Program-made: the position numbers and the translations under genes
The notes under the pieces: generated by a model
What the model saw: only the letters and a program-made list of their open reading frames with translations
Database searches by the model: none
What the model was told of the DNA's origin: nothing
NCBI RefSeq assembly: GCF_009914755.1
Contig: NC_060932.1
Reading direction: 5' to 3' (one strand)
Length of the DNA stretch: 64,000 nucleotides
DNA from: the human T2T-CHM13v2.0 reference genome, Homo sapiens
Shown: piece by piece, positions 1 to 14,740 of the stretch
Position numbering within the stretch: position 1 is the stretch's first letter
Layout of the letters: each line of letters opens with the position of its first letter

Positions 1-245
1 ATGCCAAGAAAGATAAAGAAAAGCTAAAGAACTACTACAGACTAAAGAAGACTAAAGGAGCATGACAAATAAAGGCAATGTGATTCTGGATAGGATCCTT
101 GGCTGGGGAAGAAAATAGCTATAATAGGTCTGTTGGCAGAAATGATCAAACTTGAATATTATAGTGGATGACGTAAATGGTGTTTTATTAATTCTGAATT
201 TTCATATTTTAATAATTGCACTACAGTTATGTAAAAGAATATCCT
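1..245 (+). mobile_element. Old L1M (L1MC/L1ME-type) 3' UTR fragment
   Basis: agactaaagaagactaaaggagcatgacaaataaaggcaatgtgattctggataggatcctt resembles old L1M 3' UTR sequence. Confidence 0.5.
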
Positions 246-249
246 TTTT

Positions 250-477
250 TCTGAATTCTGCCAACAATGTGAGTTTGGAAGTGAATTTTTCCCCAGACCC
301 TCCCAATAAGAACCTGGCCCATTCGACACTTTGATTTCAGTCCTGTTTGTTGTAAGCAGAGAACCTGGCTGAGCCTGTTCAGATTTCTGACCTACAGAAC
401 TCCCAGCTAATAAATGGGTGTTGCTTTAAGCCATTAAGGTTGCTATAATTAGTTCTGTGGCAAAATAAAGGAATACA
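250..477 (+). mobile_element. MLT1-family MaLR LTR, 3' part
   Basis: gatttctgacctacagaact...aataaatgggtgttgctttaagcca...aataca is the typical MLT1 3' end. Confidence 0.75.
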
Positions 478-501
478 ATCCCTCACCTACCCATACACAC
501 T

Positions 502-503
<2 letters not shown>

Positions 504-532
<29 letters not shown>
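504..532. repeat. (CA)n microsatellite
   Basis: Directly visible. Confidence 0.97.
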
Positions 533-534
<2 letters not shown>

Positions 535-1174
535 TGCATACATATGCATTGTCACACAAAAAAACCTACCAATAGGGATGAAATATATATCTAATAAAGT
601 GTTGAAATCAAGATGTAGTTATGGATGAAAATCAAGCCAACAGATAAAAATCGCGGTGGTTAAAACATGGCTCCCTTCAAGACAGATTGTTTCGAATAAC
701 ATTCAATTTGAGGTGAAATTTCTGTGGTGATAGAAGATAGCTCCCAGAAGGAGAGGAGCCAAGAGCACACATCTCTTCTTGATCCTAAACTCACAAAATA
801 AGATGTCCTGAGAGCACTTACGATGACACATTCAAAGCTATGCTTGGAACCAGAGACTTTTAGAGAAGGCGAGAGACAGAAAGGAGATGAGTGTAGGAAG
901 TTTGAATTCAAATGAGAGGCTAATTTAGGCTATGGTCAAATTAGATAAGTAAAAGAAATTTTGATTTATTCTGCATTCTCTTCCCAGGGGTTCAAAATGC
1001 TATCCTAGCTGTTACTGCATTTATCCTCACAATTACCCTGCAGTCATTCATTCCTTCTTAGAAACCTAATTTAAACCAATGTTGGCTGTCCCTTAATCAC
1101 AGGATAAAATCCAAACCTCTTTCAGGTCAAGGAAATTTACACCAAAAGAATTTTACACCAACTTGCCTCTCTAG

Positions 1175-1627
<453 letters not shown>

Positions 1628-2097
1628 TAATCTGCCCTTCCATATGTCCACAAAAATGCTCCTCTCCATATTAACACCCTGAGAAATCCAAATCCTCACT
1701 TATCCTTCATTGATGCAGGCAATAGAAGTTCAGATTTGCATCAGGTCTCCTGTAGAGAGATGGTTCCAAGTATGGAATGAGCTCCCCTTTTCTCCTAAAT
1801 TATTATGCTATCCAGTCTAGATTAGATTGCTACTCACAGCAGGAAAGTGAAAACAAAAGCATTTAGAAAACTAATCTTAACATACTTTGAAGACTGGTAA
1901 AAAAAAATGAATAAATAAAGTAAGCAAACGCATCCAGTAAGAAGACAATATTGGGATAAAGACTTTGGATGGTAAGTTGAGTTTTGATCATTCAATCTTT
2001 CAGCACATTTCGAGTTGACGCTGAAATGTTAAAGATTCTTTCTAGCCTTATGTAATATGTTCTTCCATCTGGATGACTTACTATTTCTCAATTTTCT

Positions 2098-2230
2098 TTT
2101 TATAAACAGCTTTACTTAGATATAGTCCACATACCATACAATTCACTCATTTCGTGTGTACAATCCATTGGTTTTCAATATATGCATAGAGTTGTGCAGC
2201 CATCCCCACAACTTAATTACAGAATATTCT
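2098..2230 (-). mobile_element. L1MB/L1ME 3' end fragment
   Basis: acagctttacttagatatagt...catacaattcactcattt...gtacaatcc...gagttgtgcagccatc. Confidence 0.7.
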
Positions 2231-2264
2231 CAATTCCCTTTTGTGCTTATCCTACTCTTTACCT

Positions 2265-2600
2265 TTCATTCATTCACTCATTTATTCAACCACTTAGAAC
2301 ATATTTCTCCAGTCAATGTAAATTCGGGGGATACCATGATAAATACAAGATGGTCCTGCTCTCAATGAGATCCTGAGAGAGGCACACATTAAAGAAGCAA
2401 TTACAATACAGGGTGATAAATCCTGTCCTGGGCAAAGTGCAGGGTGCTGTGCTAGGACATACATGGGGGTACCTGACCCACTGATGGTCAGAGAAGTGAT
2501 TCTGGAAGGAAGCGAGGTCTATGCTGAGACAGAAGAGTGAGATGGAGATTTTCAGGTGACAGTGAAAATGGGAGCACAGATGAAGCGTTCAAAGGAGAGG
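2265..2600 (-). mobile_element. L2 3' fragment
   Basis: (ttca)n tail followed by atggtcctgctctcaa...aagcaattacaatacagggtgataa. Confidence 0.7.
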
Positions 2601-2719
2601 GTTACAAACATAAAGAATGGCGTCCGCTAAGATCCAGAGTGAGACGGAAATGGATTCATGGAGCTAAAAAGAATCCAGCCTTTTCTTCCTGTCAAAATCC
2701 AAGCCATCATTATTTTTAG

Positions 2720-3172
2720 ATACGAATGTTCATAGCAGCTTTATTGGGTAATATTCAAAAACTGAAAACAACTCAAGTGCCTGTCATCAGGCAAATGAAT
2801 GAACTGTTGTACATCATACAGTGGAATAATACCCAGCAATGAAAAGGAATGAACTATTGGTGCATGCAAGAACATGGAGTGAATAAAACCTGATGAAAAA
2901 GAGTAAACACTGCACAATTCCATCTGTATAAAATTCTAGAAAACACAAGCTAATCCATAGTGACAGAAGGCAGGTCAGTGCTTGCTGGTGGGTAGTAGGG
3001 ACAGATTATGAAGAGGCAAGAAGAAACTTTCAGGAGTGATAGAGATGTTCATTATCTTGATTGTGGTGATGGCTTCATTGGTGAATACATACATTAACAA
3101 GTATCAAATTGCATATACTAAACATATATAGTTTATTGTATGTCAATATACCCCATCAAGTTGTTTTTAAAA
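2720..3172 (+). mobile_element. L1ME/L1MC 3' UTR
   Basis: gaatgttcatagcagcttta...gcaatgaaaaggaatgaactatt...atcttgattgtggtgatgg. Confidence 0.8.
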
Positions 3173-3421
3173 AGGCATCCCTGTTTCGACAACCAGTTCT
3201 GTGATCTCCCTGTTAATAAAAGATCTGGCACCTAGTGAGGGCTCAGTGAGTGTTGGGCACTAGTGTTGGTGTCAGTGTTAAAATATGACTATTAGTATGA
3301 TCCTATTTGCCATGGTCAGAAAGGCCCAGGAAAGAAATGAGGTCTAATCTGCAGATTGGCCCAGACAGTAGACCTGGGAGTGGAAACTGGGAAGGCCGGG
3401 CAGTCCAGAGCTGAGACCTAG

Positions 3422-3832
<411 letters not shown>

Positions 3833-4714
3833 CTGCTTCAGATTTAGTTACGTCCTCTTCTGTGTTTCCTTAGCCTTTTGGGGACATCTCAATACACTAT
3901 TTTCCTTCTCACAAAATACATCTTTAAATCAAATAGTAATTTTAAACCAAACTTTGAGTAGTCCACACAGACTGTAAGATAAAGTTAGGAAACAATAAAG
4001 TAAGATGAAAAAAATAATAATAACCACTATGAAACGTGAAATGGCATGCAGTCATGGGAATGACTGAAATCATGAAAAATATCTTTAATTCCCCTGTTTA
4101 TCGGAAAACTATTTAATTCTTTGTTATTTTATTGCCCCCAAAAGCCCACTTGTTATAACCTGCAGTTATAAATATTACAGAAACATCCAATTAAAAAAAT
4201 CAAAAGGCTCCTTTTTCCTATATCCCCAGAGAGTGAGGGTGAATTGCTATTCACACATCCAGTTGTCTCAATCCTTAACAAGAAGATTGATCACATTCAG
4301 AAGAAAACAGAAATAATCTGGAAAATGGAGGGCTCAAATACTTTATAAATAAGAAAATAAATGACTGTTTCTTATGATGAATAATTTAAGTAAATGTCAC
4401 ATTGCAGTAATTGCAAATAACATATAACACCTTTGAGTTAATGACAGTGGAATTAGGAAAGCTTTTTCTAATCACTGTCATCTTTTAAAAGCTCAATAAA
4501 AATATGTAAGATAACTTCATCATTTTCCAATCCTGGAATCAAGCTCTTTAATATTTTTGCACAGAACTTACAAATTTATAAGTGAACCATCACACTTAGA
4601 AATGGGATGCTTTTTTCTAGGAGATATTCCATACCAACTCATTGAATTGATTTGTCCATCTCAACGGTTCTTAAAAATTGTTAGAGTTACAAAACTTTAA
4701 AGTAGAGAAGAAAT

Positions 4715-4866
4715 CATATATATTATTTATCCCAAACTTTCTATTTTACAGATAAGGAGATTAGGTCCTAGAGAGAAAATGTTCTGATCAAATTCACACG
4801 GCAATTAGTCGCAATTCTTAGTCTACAATTCTAGGTTCCTACTACCCAGGTTCAGTGACTCTTCTC
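4715..4866 (-). mobile_element. MIR
   Basis: Core attttacagataaggagattaggtcctagagag. Confidence 0.7.
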
Positions 4867-4999
4867 AACAAGATACCTCTTTCGCAGAACAGGTTCCTCA
4901 ACCTGGAACAAGAATTAAATTTTTTCCACAAGGCCTTGTTTGATTGGGAAATTGATTTAAATGCAGCTAGACACCTACTCAAGCTTTTTGTTTTGAGCC

Positions 5000-5532
5000 T
5001 ATTCTAGTTACTGTTGCTCCACAATGTAGTGATAGAAGATACCTATCATTCTATTTTGCTCACCATTTGGCCAGTCAAGAATTACAGAAGGGTTTATCTG
5101 AGTAGATGGTACTGAGAGTCTGTCATGCAGTTGCAGTCAAATACAGGCTGGCACTGCAGTCATCCGAAGGCTGTAGCAGGTAGGACATCAGAAGGGCTCA
5201 CTCACATGGGTGGTAGTTGGTGCTGGATTTTACATGCTGGAAGCTAAGCTGGATTTGCTGACTGGAGAGCCTATACAGGGCCTGTGCAGCATGGTGGTCT
5301 CAGGGGCTCTCACATGGTGTCTGGCTTCCCCCAGAGTGAGTGTCCTGAGAAATCCAACCAGAAGCTGCCAGGCCTTTCCAGAGGTAGTCTCTAAAGTTAT
5401 GCAGCTGCATTCCACTCTTTACAAGAAAGTTACTAAGGCAGGCTTAGATATTAGTAAAAGAGAGGAGACAGAACTCACCTCTCCGTGTGCAAAGTTTCAA
5501 ATAATTCATAGACATGTTTTAAAACTGCCACA
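5000..5532 (-). mobile_element. MLT1-family LTR (G/H-like)
   Basis: ggctcactcacatgg...ggcttcccccagagtgagtgtcc...ttttaaaactgccaca. Confidence 0.75.
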
Positions 5533-6762
5533 TGGCCACAGAGGGAGAAATCTCAGGTAAGCTAGAAGATATGACATAAATGTAGAATAATTGATCAGTC
5601 ACTCACACTCATCAAAGAAACTTTGGAAAATAGAATATATATTCCTCTCTTTGTTTATCTCCCTAACACCCTACAATAGAAAAATGTAACTAAGAGTTTT
5701 CAATCTCAGATTTGCCCAGCTTCCAAGACAATGAAATTGATATTCAAGATAAAGTTCCAGGAAGATGACCTAGAAGGCAAAATAATAATCTTCAAAGTCA
5801 GGATCTTGAGTTGCAAATCAAGTATTTAATATTAGAGTTAATGAAGGACCAAAGAGACCTTTTATTGTTCCCCCAATGAGCATGTGGAATTAAATTTTAT
5901 TGAACTCCTTAGAGAGTTGTGACCCTGTCTTTTAAACTTGATTTGTATGGCTTTCCATAGATCCCAATGCAGAGATTAGTGCTTCACAAATTTCAAATGA
6001 CAGATGATGATTTAATTGGAACAGAGTAGTCCATAAATGTCTTATGAATATAAAAACATCACGGAGACTGTGATATAGACTGTTCTGTGATTCCAAGAGT
6101 TGGGATGAATGGGACTATTTTTAAGCATCCGAGATTTTAGAAAATAAGAAATTGGAACAATTTCCAATGACACTGATAAGGGCCACAAGTACCTCTTAGC
6201 ATTTAAAATTACTTCAAGAAAGAGACACAGAGATTCAGAGAAACAAGCAAATATTTACTAGAGAACCATTAGGATGTTGAATTGAAAATCCTTTTCATCT
6301 CTTATTTCTTAACCTTTTCAGAAAGTAGTAATATTTATAGGTAAGTTGGAAAATATAATGTGTGTGTACACTATAAGAATGGTATGAATTCTCATACCGT
6401 GAGGAGTGGGACAATTTGAAGAAGTTGTAAAGCTATTTCTCTTCTTTAAATTTTACTGTTGCCAATAAAGATATAAAATTCCAGGTTTCCAAAAGGTTGA
6501 TGGAAATTATTGTAAACATAAATTATTTAAATCAGGGCTTATGGATTATATGGCCCAAATCCAAAAGAAATTAAAAATGAATTTTGTATTATTTTTTGTA
6601 ATTTTGTAGTATGGCTTTTTCTTTTGCTGATCCCATGTGGGTTCTCTGACATAGCTCCATTCTGGACTGGGATTGAAAAGCCAAGCTGGCCTCATTCACC
6701 TATCTGGTACCTCAGTGTGGGCTCCGGATTGAGGCTCCTTTTTTCTCCTGTATTTGATCTCA

Positions 6763-7640
6763 GTAGTAGACAGAAAAATGATTCCCAAAAGATGTGCATG
6801 TTCTAAATCTTCAAAATTTGTGAATACGAATATGTGATGTCACACGACAAATGAAACGTTGCAGATGGGGAGTAAGTTAAGGATCTTGAAATGGGGAGAT
6901 TATCCTGAATTATCGAGGTGGGCCCAATCTAATCATAAAGAACCTTCTAAGAAGGAGGCAGAAGAATCTGGGTCAGAGGAGATGTGATAACAAAAAGCAT
7001 GGTTGGAGCCATGTGAGGAAGGGACCACCAGAAAGAATCCCAGCGGTGGCTAGAAGCTGGAAAAGGCATCAAGGTGAATTCTCCCCTGGAGCCTCCAGAA
7101 GGAATGCCATCTTGCTGACTGATATAGTTTGGATATTTGTCCCCACCCGAATTTCATGTTGAATTGTAATCCCCAGTGCTGAAGGTAGAACCTGGTGGGA
7201 GGTGTCTGGATCACAAGGACGGATCCCTCATGGCTTGGTGCTGTCTTCACAATAGTGAGTTCTTGCCAGATCTAGCCATTTAAAGTAAATAGCACCTCCC
7301 ACCTCAACTCTCACTCCCTCCCTCCTCCTTTCACTATGTGATGCACCTACTCTCCCTTTGCCTTCCACCACGATTGTAAGCTTCCTGAGGTCTCACTAGA
7401 AGCTGAGCAGATGCCAACACCATGCTTCCTGGAATGCCTGCAGAACCATGAGACAATTAAACCTCTTTTCTTTATAAATTACCCAGTCTCAGGTATTTCT
7501 TCACAACAATGCTAGAACAGCCTAATACACTGACCCATTTTAGGCTTCTGACCTTGAGAACTATGGGAAAATAAGTGTGTGGCATTTTAAGTCACTGAGT
7601 TCACAATAATTTGTTATAGCAGCAATAGGGAACCAGTTCA
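6763..7640 (+). mobile_element. MLT1D-like LTR interrupted by an MST LTR
   Basis: gttaaggatcttgaaatggggagattatcctg...ctagaagctggaaaaggc...ttgttatagcagcaatagg. Confidence 0.85.
7120..7529 (+). mobile_element. MSTA-like solo LTR
   Basis: TG...CA termini (tgatatagtttgg...cctaataca); perfect 5-bp TSD CTGAC at 7115 and 7530. Confidence 0.92.
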
Positions 7641-9314
7641 GCCCCTCATATACTTCAATAGAATAGAACAGGTCTCAAGTAATGTTCCCACAGAGCCAGC
7701 CCCTTTGCACACACATGCTTTTCAAGCTTCTGTGTCACAGGTGCAGAGGTCCCATTTGCTGACACAAGTTACGTGGCTGGCAGAGTCCATGTGAGAGGGG
7801 CTTTGTTTGACTACACCTTTGGATAGGAAAAGTCACAAAATCTCATTGCTTGATTTGGGATGGGAGAAATTTGTGGCCATTTATAAATTTGTTACAGGGG
7901 TTGTAATATGCTTTATGTGGCTTGTGTTTTGAAAACCGTAACCCCTTGAATCAATGCCTTAGCCTGATGCTCACAGTTGAGATAATCTATCAAATATTCT
8001 ATAATGCCTAACCCAGTCACCACCCTGTCTTGCCTGAAGTTCTGGTTGATTATGACTTTTCCTTCTCTCCTTCTACCTGTCTTCTGCCCTCTGCTCCCAA
8101 CTGCTGTCTCCTTCCCATTCTTTTCCATTTTAGCCCCACTTCCAAATGAACTTCTCAGACTGCTGAGCCATCAGAAAAGTGTTTTATTGAGCCTACAGTG
8201 TTTTCAAGCCCTTCTTTTTTGTGAAGAAAGTTACTTCACATGCACTTTTATGTGGCACACAGTTTCTGTGACTCAATCCTGAGGTATTCATTTGCAAAAA
8301 ATACAATGCCAACTGCCAAGGCCAAATAGCAAATGTTATTAGGCATTTTTTTTGTGTGTATTTCAACTTGAAGGATGGCACTTGTTCCAGGTATTTTAAA
8401 AGGCAGAAAGAAAATTCCTTCAATGTTCTTCAAATTTGCATTTTGCTTCATCTTTTAACTGAGAAATAAAATACATTAGAATTCTCACATCATTAACAGA
8501 AGTGTGTGGGTAAACTTAGAATTTGCATTTAAATACATTCAAAAGCAGACTTCTGCAGAAATTGCAAGTAGATCAGGGGAAGATGCCAGTGAGAAGAGAA
8601 AATGAATAGTACTTTTTTGCCAAAAAAAAAATCATCAAAATTGAATTTGTATATGTTTCGATTGTCACATTTGTTTACTTTTAAAGTTTGTATTGGTCCA
8701 AACATAAGACTGTGAATTTCTTGAATAATTTGCTTCTGTGATCAGTCTTCTGCATTGGTTATATATTTTACAAATTAGCTTATTTGGCTAACTGATAAAA
8801 CTTCATGTGGGTTCATCAAAGTCAAAAAAAAAAAAAAAAAAGTCACTTTGAGGCAATGTTTATGGCCAGGCCAGACTGACCAATAAGAAACTCTAGGAGG
8901 GCGTGATCTTGGAATGAATTACATAACCAGGGACCGAATCCTCTGACTTAACAGTTTCAGAAACTGGATTTTAGTTGTTTCCAGTGACCCCAAACTTCTT
9001 ACCGGCTGTCTTCTTTCCTGGTCTTGGTGAACTTAGCAGCTGAATTAAAAGGCTCCATTGAGCATAGAATTTGAGCAAAGAAAAATAGATTCTCAAGGGT
9101 CCTGATGCCACAATGAAGCCTGATCAAATATGTCTGCCCCTCAACAGCATTCACCTGCCTACAGACCTGAATATCAGAGCCTCCCAGATTCAGGAATGCC
9201 GTGGCCCCTAACCTAGGTTGCTTCTCTGATCCTTGTGTTTCCAGACATTCATCTCAACTTTTCCATGTCTTCTTTAAATATGCCAATATTATTGATTAAG
9301 CCATGGTGTAGTGA

Positions 9315-9486
9315 AAGGTTAACAAATGTATGCCATGTGTCACCCCCTGTCTTCCTAAGCAATTGTTCATTTGAAAAACAATTCCTCTTTCCCACTAAGT
9401 CCTGCTCAGCATGGCACTCCAGGCAGCCACTTCAAATCAATTCGAATTGATAAATGAGATGAAGCCTAGTACATTTGCCACCTCTG
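9315..9486 (-). mobile_element. MER117-like hAT-Charlie element
   Basis: tctttcccactaag...gcactccaggcagccact...gagatgaagcct...atttgccacctctg. Confidence 0.7.
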
Positions 9487-9767
9487 GTGCAGAGGCTCTT
9501 TCTAAGGACCTGGGAGACTACCTATCTCTTCTCATTAGGTGTTTATTTCATTTGACCATGAATGACTGAATTCTAGCTCTGTAGTGATGACTGAGGCAAT
9601 GGATTCACATCCTTGTGTTTGTTTTTCTCTGTCTCATGAGCATTATTACATATTTCCTCCACAAATGTGTGATCATGAGCAAAAAACCTCTTGGTGGATT
9701 AACACAGGTTCATATTCATTATGGGAATATAGTATGTGTGTATTTTCTTGTCTAAGATCTGTTGTCC

Positions 9768-9880
9768 TCACTAGATCTTAAGCATCATGAGAAGAGGGAC
9801 TGTGCCTGTTTTGTTAACTCTGTTATCAGCAGTGCCTAATGTACTGCCACCACACAGGACCTCAGCAAATGTTTACTAAG
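9768..9880 (+). mobile_element. L2 3' end
   Basis: cactagatcttaagcatcatgagaagagggactgtgcctgttttgtt...gtgccta. Confidence 0.75.
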
Positions 9881-10695
9881 GACATACAAACAGCAGGTCA
9901 TTGCTGTATGTATATTTAATGTAAGGTTTCCTAGCTATTAGGGATACTCTCAGTAATATATCCAATTCTCACATTATAGAATCCAGTTACTCTACTATTT
10001 TTTCAGCTCTACTTGCTTGCAATATTATGAGAATGTCTCCAGAAGGAGAGGATTTTAGATGAAACTCAACCTAATTATTTTTTCTCTCTCTTTTTTTTAA
10101 TTTTCATAATACCAATGGTAGGAGATTCCGAAACTATGTGTCAAAAGTACCTTTAGAAATTATAAAAATTATAGTTGTATTTCATTTTACTCAACAAATA
10201 TTTTCAAACAGCTTTTTGTGGAGGTATCAATGTTATGGTTGTTGAACTGACCCCAAGCAAATTTTTGTCCAGGTGAAGTGATGAGGTTTATATAAAAATG
10301 ACTTTTAAAAATAATATCATATGTAGTCAAAATTCAAAATATATAATAGAAGCAAAAATCAGTCAACAGAAATCATCTATTAAGAAGAAAACAATGTTCT
10401 TTAAGCCCCCTGAAGATTGGAAAACAGTAACTTTTTGGCATCCTGTTGTGGTATGCAGACCTGGCATATTACCTTATGAAAAGTAAATGATCCATGAATG
10501 TTGTTTGAATGAATGAATTGAATTAATGAATATTCATTAAATAACCATAGTTTCATGCTATTTACATTCTAACAAAGCATACTGCACATTATCAGGGTTT
10601 AGAATTAACTTTCTGCCTAGTATTATACACAGTTAATGGCAAAATAATCTCTGCAGTCTCCCCAGATGAAGGCCAAGAGGTTATTCTTGAGAATA

Positions 10696-10905
10696 TAGTT
10701 AATCCTCACTTAAGGTCGTCACTAGATTCTGGGAAACCGTGACTTGAAGTGACATAATGCATAACGGAACAATTCCTTTTCCTCATCAACATTTTAACAA
10801 ACTATGTTGAACAAAAGGATGTTATTAGAGGACCTGCTGTACATTGTGTCACTCGAAGTTGCAGTTTCCAAGAACCTATCAACGACTTCACGTGAGGAGT
10901 TCCTG
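10696..10905. mobile_element. MER6B-like TcMar-Tigger MITE
   Basis: Long inverted ends (tcctcacttaaggtcgtc...gaaaccgtgactt / aagttgcagtttccaagaacctatcaacgacttcacgtgagga); TA flanks; internal ttattagaggacctgctgta. Confidence 0.8.
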
Positions 10906-11049
10906 TATTGCTATCTTACCCCACATATATAATTAAATCTCCAAGTATCCTTTCTATTCGCCTAATAACCCTTTCCCATTGACCGGCTTCTGTCTATCCC
11001 CTGGCTGCTCTTTAGTTGTGGCTATCAGAAATGCTGAGCTTAACTTGCT

Positions 11050-11600
11050 CCCCTCTTGGCTCCCTCTAACCTGTTCTCTAATTGCCACCAGAATGACCTG
11101 TCTAAAGAGCAAATGTGACCAGGACATTGTACATTGGCTTTCTTGGCTCCCCACGGATATGGTAAATTTAGGCTAATGCAAGACGCTTTTTAATCTGGTA
11201 CTTGCTCTCCTTCCCTGCTCCTCCATTGTCATCATTGTCTATATTTCAGCTAGACAACTTCTTAAGTCCCCAAGTGACAGCACTGTCTCTCATTTTAGTT
11301 GGGTTATATTCTTCTCATCTCTAGGTTGGACTCTTGGTTAGAATTTTCCTTTCCTGACTATTTGCCTGGCTCACTCTTAGTTGTCCTTGAGATGTCCTTG
11401 TGGTCTTTACCCCCATGAGAAAGTTTATCTGTGATGCTAAAGAGTCCTGTAACCTAATTGTAGCAATGATCACCTGTCTTAATTGCCTACCTGCCTGTGT
11501 CTCTCATACCTCAATTGTAAGCTTCTTGCAGGGCCTATGTTTCATTTATGGTTGTATCCCTAGCACCTATTTCACGGTAGGAGCTAGTGAGTAAGTAAGG
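11050..11600 (+). mobile_element. L2 fragment
   Basis: gccaccagaatgacctgtctaaag...ttgtaagcttcttgcagggc...tgtatccctagcaccta. Confidence 0.65.
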
Positions 11601-11625
11601 CAAGTATATTAAGATATATACTGAA

Positions 11626-11938
<313 letters not shown>

Positions 11939-12429
11939 TACACACTGAAGGGAAGAGAAAATGAATGAGCAAATAACAATCGTGGCAGAGAACAGGATTT
12001 ATTCATTACAAGTAGCCTTGACCTCTTGTATCATTCCCAGTAGAAGCCGAGACTCCCAAACCCAGGCATATTTAGGACCTTCTTCAAACAATTGCCAGTA
12101 CCATGGTGCTGGGGAAAAACAAAACAAAACAAACAAACAAAACAAAACCTTTCAGACACCTTAAACTAAAGCTGCTCTGTCATCTTGCAGACCCACCCTG
12201 GAGTCCAACAGGACAATTTTCAAAGCCACCCATCCTGGCAAAGTGCTTGACAAGCTGCAGGAGAACAGCATTCAGGATTGCAATTAGAGTTGGAAGAGAG
12301 GAGGAGGAGACAGGGGTCACTGGGCCAATCAATACTCAGCTACCCTCTCCCCCCACCCCCTCACCGCCGGTGTTCAGAGAAATGCCAAAGCTTGCCGCTT
12401 AATCGCGGTTCCCATTTTAGGTAGTGCAC

Positions 12430-12448
12430 TCCTGCCATCTAGTGGTTC
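12430..12448 (-). promoter_or_regulatory. CTCF binding motif
   Basis: Minus strand AACCACTAGATGGCAGG matches CCASYAGRKGGC; lies in unique, locally GC/CpG-richer sequence. Confidence 0.7.
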
Positions 12449-13324
12449 CCCCACGCTCTCCACAATGCCTTCAGCAGAGATGGATTTCATGTGCTGAAAA
12501 CCCAGCAAAGGCAGAACCAAACCAAAAAGCCAGACTTAAAAGAGTGCCCTAAAAGAGTGCCCAAGTGCAATCAAAATCCACCTAGAGAACCACAATAGCA
12601 TTTGGGTTCCTTTGTGACTGTTGAGAAGTGATTATCTTAGCTGGTGCGGAATGCCATAGAAGGTCCAAGTCTTGAATCATGGTGTCAGTCAAACTGGTAA
12701 TCAGATTTGAAAACTGGTTTTTATTTCACTAGGAAATAGGAAATGATTTTAGTTTATCATGGATTGAATGTGTCTTTTTGCCCCTTCTTCTCCTAAATGA
12801 TTCTAAATGTGTTGTGAATTGCCTAGAAATTATTCTTACCCAACAGTGAACTAGAGAATTACAAAACTGAAGAAAAAAAAAAAGCTAAGCTAAGAATGTC
12901 TCTGCTACTCTCAGCATAGAAGTGCCAAAAAAGCCAAAGATGACACAGCTGAGATTTAACAAGAAAAACATTTCAGGCAGCAGGACTGACAATGGATGAA
13001 AATGTCCCTGATTTCAGAGTCCCTGAGGGAAGCTGGCACTCTTACTGTTTTTTTCATGGTGCTCCTTAGGTAATTCATTGAAACATTAATAGTCTGTGTT
13101 GGCCCTGGGGCCATGAACTGGGACCCATCCAGTTGCACAGGAGCACATCAACCTGCAGAAGATACAGACCTCTGCTGCACATACTCTATGGCTGAGAAAA
13201 CTGGTCTTGAAATAATTCTGAAAACAGAAAAGAGAAGTAGTCAGCCTGGCCCCAGAGAAACAATAGCCTTCACCACCAGTTTTACAGAAACAGAATTTCT
13301 CGGGCAGAAAATATATTCTTATGC

Positions 13325-13457
13325 ATATATATATATATATATATATATATAAACATATTATATTAACTTATAATGTAAGTTTAATATGTATATAATATAT
13401 TTAACATATACATATATACTTAATATATACATATTATATACTTTAAATATACATATT
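13325..13457. repeat. (TA)n and AT-rich low complexity
   Basis: Directly visible. Confidence 0.9.
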
Positions 13458-14581
13458 AAACTTACATGCCTCAACAAAATAACCAATAGCCAGAGGAAGT
13501 GATGGGGGCCACGATAAAATATTGAGAGGTCTTGCATGTGATTTACAATTTTTTTTCCTCTTTCTAAATACTCCAAATATATATAATCACAGCTTCTGAT
13601 ACTGTAATATGATCATTAGCTGAAACTTGGAACAACTAATATTTACAAACCCCACTTAGGAATTTCACAAGATTCCTATTTTCTTCTGCATTCTATGCCA
13701 AGACAGGTTTGCTGTTTATTTAGATAAACATGTAATATGTAAGGGATGAGACCCTGTCTATTTTTTAACTCAATTTTCCAGTTGGGTTAAAAAATAGGTT
13801 TCTGGAGGAAGAAAAATCAGTTAATCTAAATATTTGAAGTCATATAAGTACAATCAATTAACTTGCACATTAAAAAAATTTCCATCAGCTGTTTTACCAC
13901 GGTGACACAGCCTTATGTCATAAAGAACTACCTTTAGGTTAGCTACTACCTGAGAATGTAACTACATTTAGTATATAAAACAAAGACATATGATTGTTAG
14001 ACAAATGATCTGCTTTATCTTTGTGGACAAAAAAGATGATTAATGATACTCAGGTTTAAAAAACATTCATGTTCAAAAAATATCTTCTTGGAGAAAGTTT
14101 CATTTTTATAAAGTTATAAATGTATACAAAAATATAAGCCAACCAGTCATTTTAGGGGGCAATAGTCCTTAAACAGCCTTACTCCAAAAGACCTTTAGGA
14201 GTGGTACTGCTTGCCACTAAGGAAGAATGACAGAAGGAAATTTGGTAAGAATATAAAGATTGGGTTAAGATTTTTAGGGAAATAGAAAAATAATAAAAAT
14301 GTTGCCTAAATAACAAACTTCCTGGATGACAAAGCTTTAGGCTCCTTGGTTAATTCTGCAATAGCATGTAATTGACAAGGGGTTTAAAATACAGTTTTAT
14401 TAAAATGGCATTCTCAACTAGCAGGCTGTCAGGCATGATGTCTGAAGGCTTTTGCTGCGATGAGAGTGGTCTTCAAAGAGTCAGCAGTATTCCTCTGGTG
14501 GGACTGGCCACTCTATCACTCCCCCATGACATCCTTGTTGTCTGCATAAGGTGCCCAGCCTCCCAGGTCACACATAGTTAA

Positions 14582-14740
14582 CAGTGGTCAACCTAGTCAG
14601 ACTGATTTAGGTTTGAATAATACCAATTCCAATACCTATTAGCTGTTTATCCTTGGGCAAATTACTGATGTTCTCTGAGTCTGTTTTTCTTATTTGCCAA
14701 ATGAAGATAACAATCATTAAGTTAAAATGCAGTTTTCACA
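14582..14740 (+). mobile_element. MIR
   Basis: ccttgggcaaattact...ttctctgagtctgtttttcttatttgccaaatgaagataa. Confidence 0.75.
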
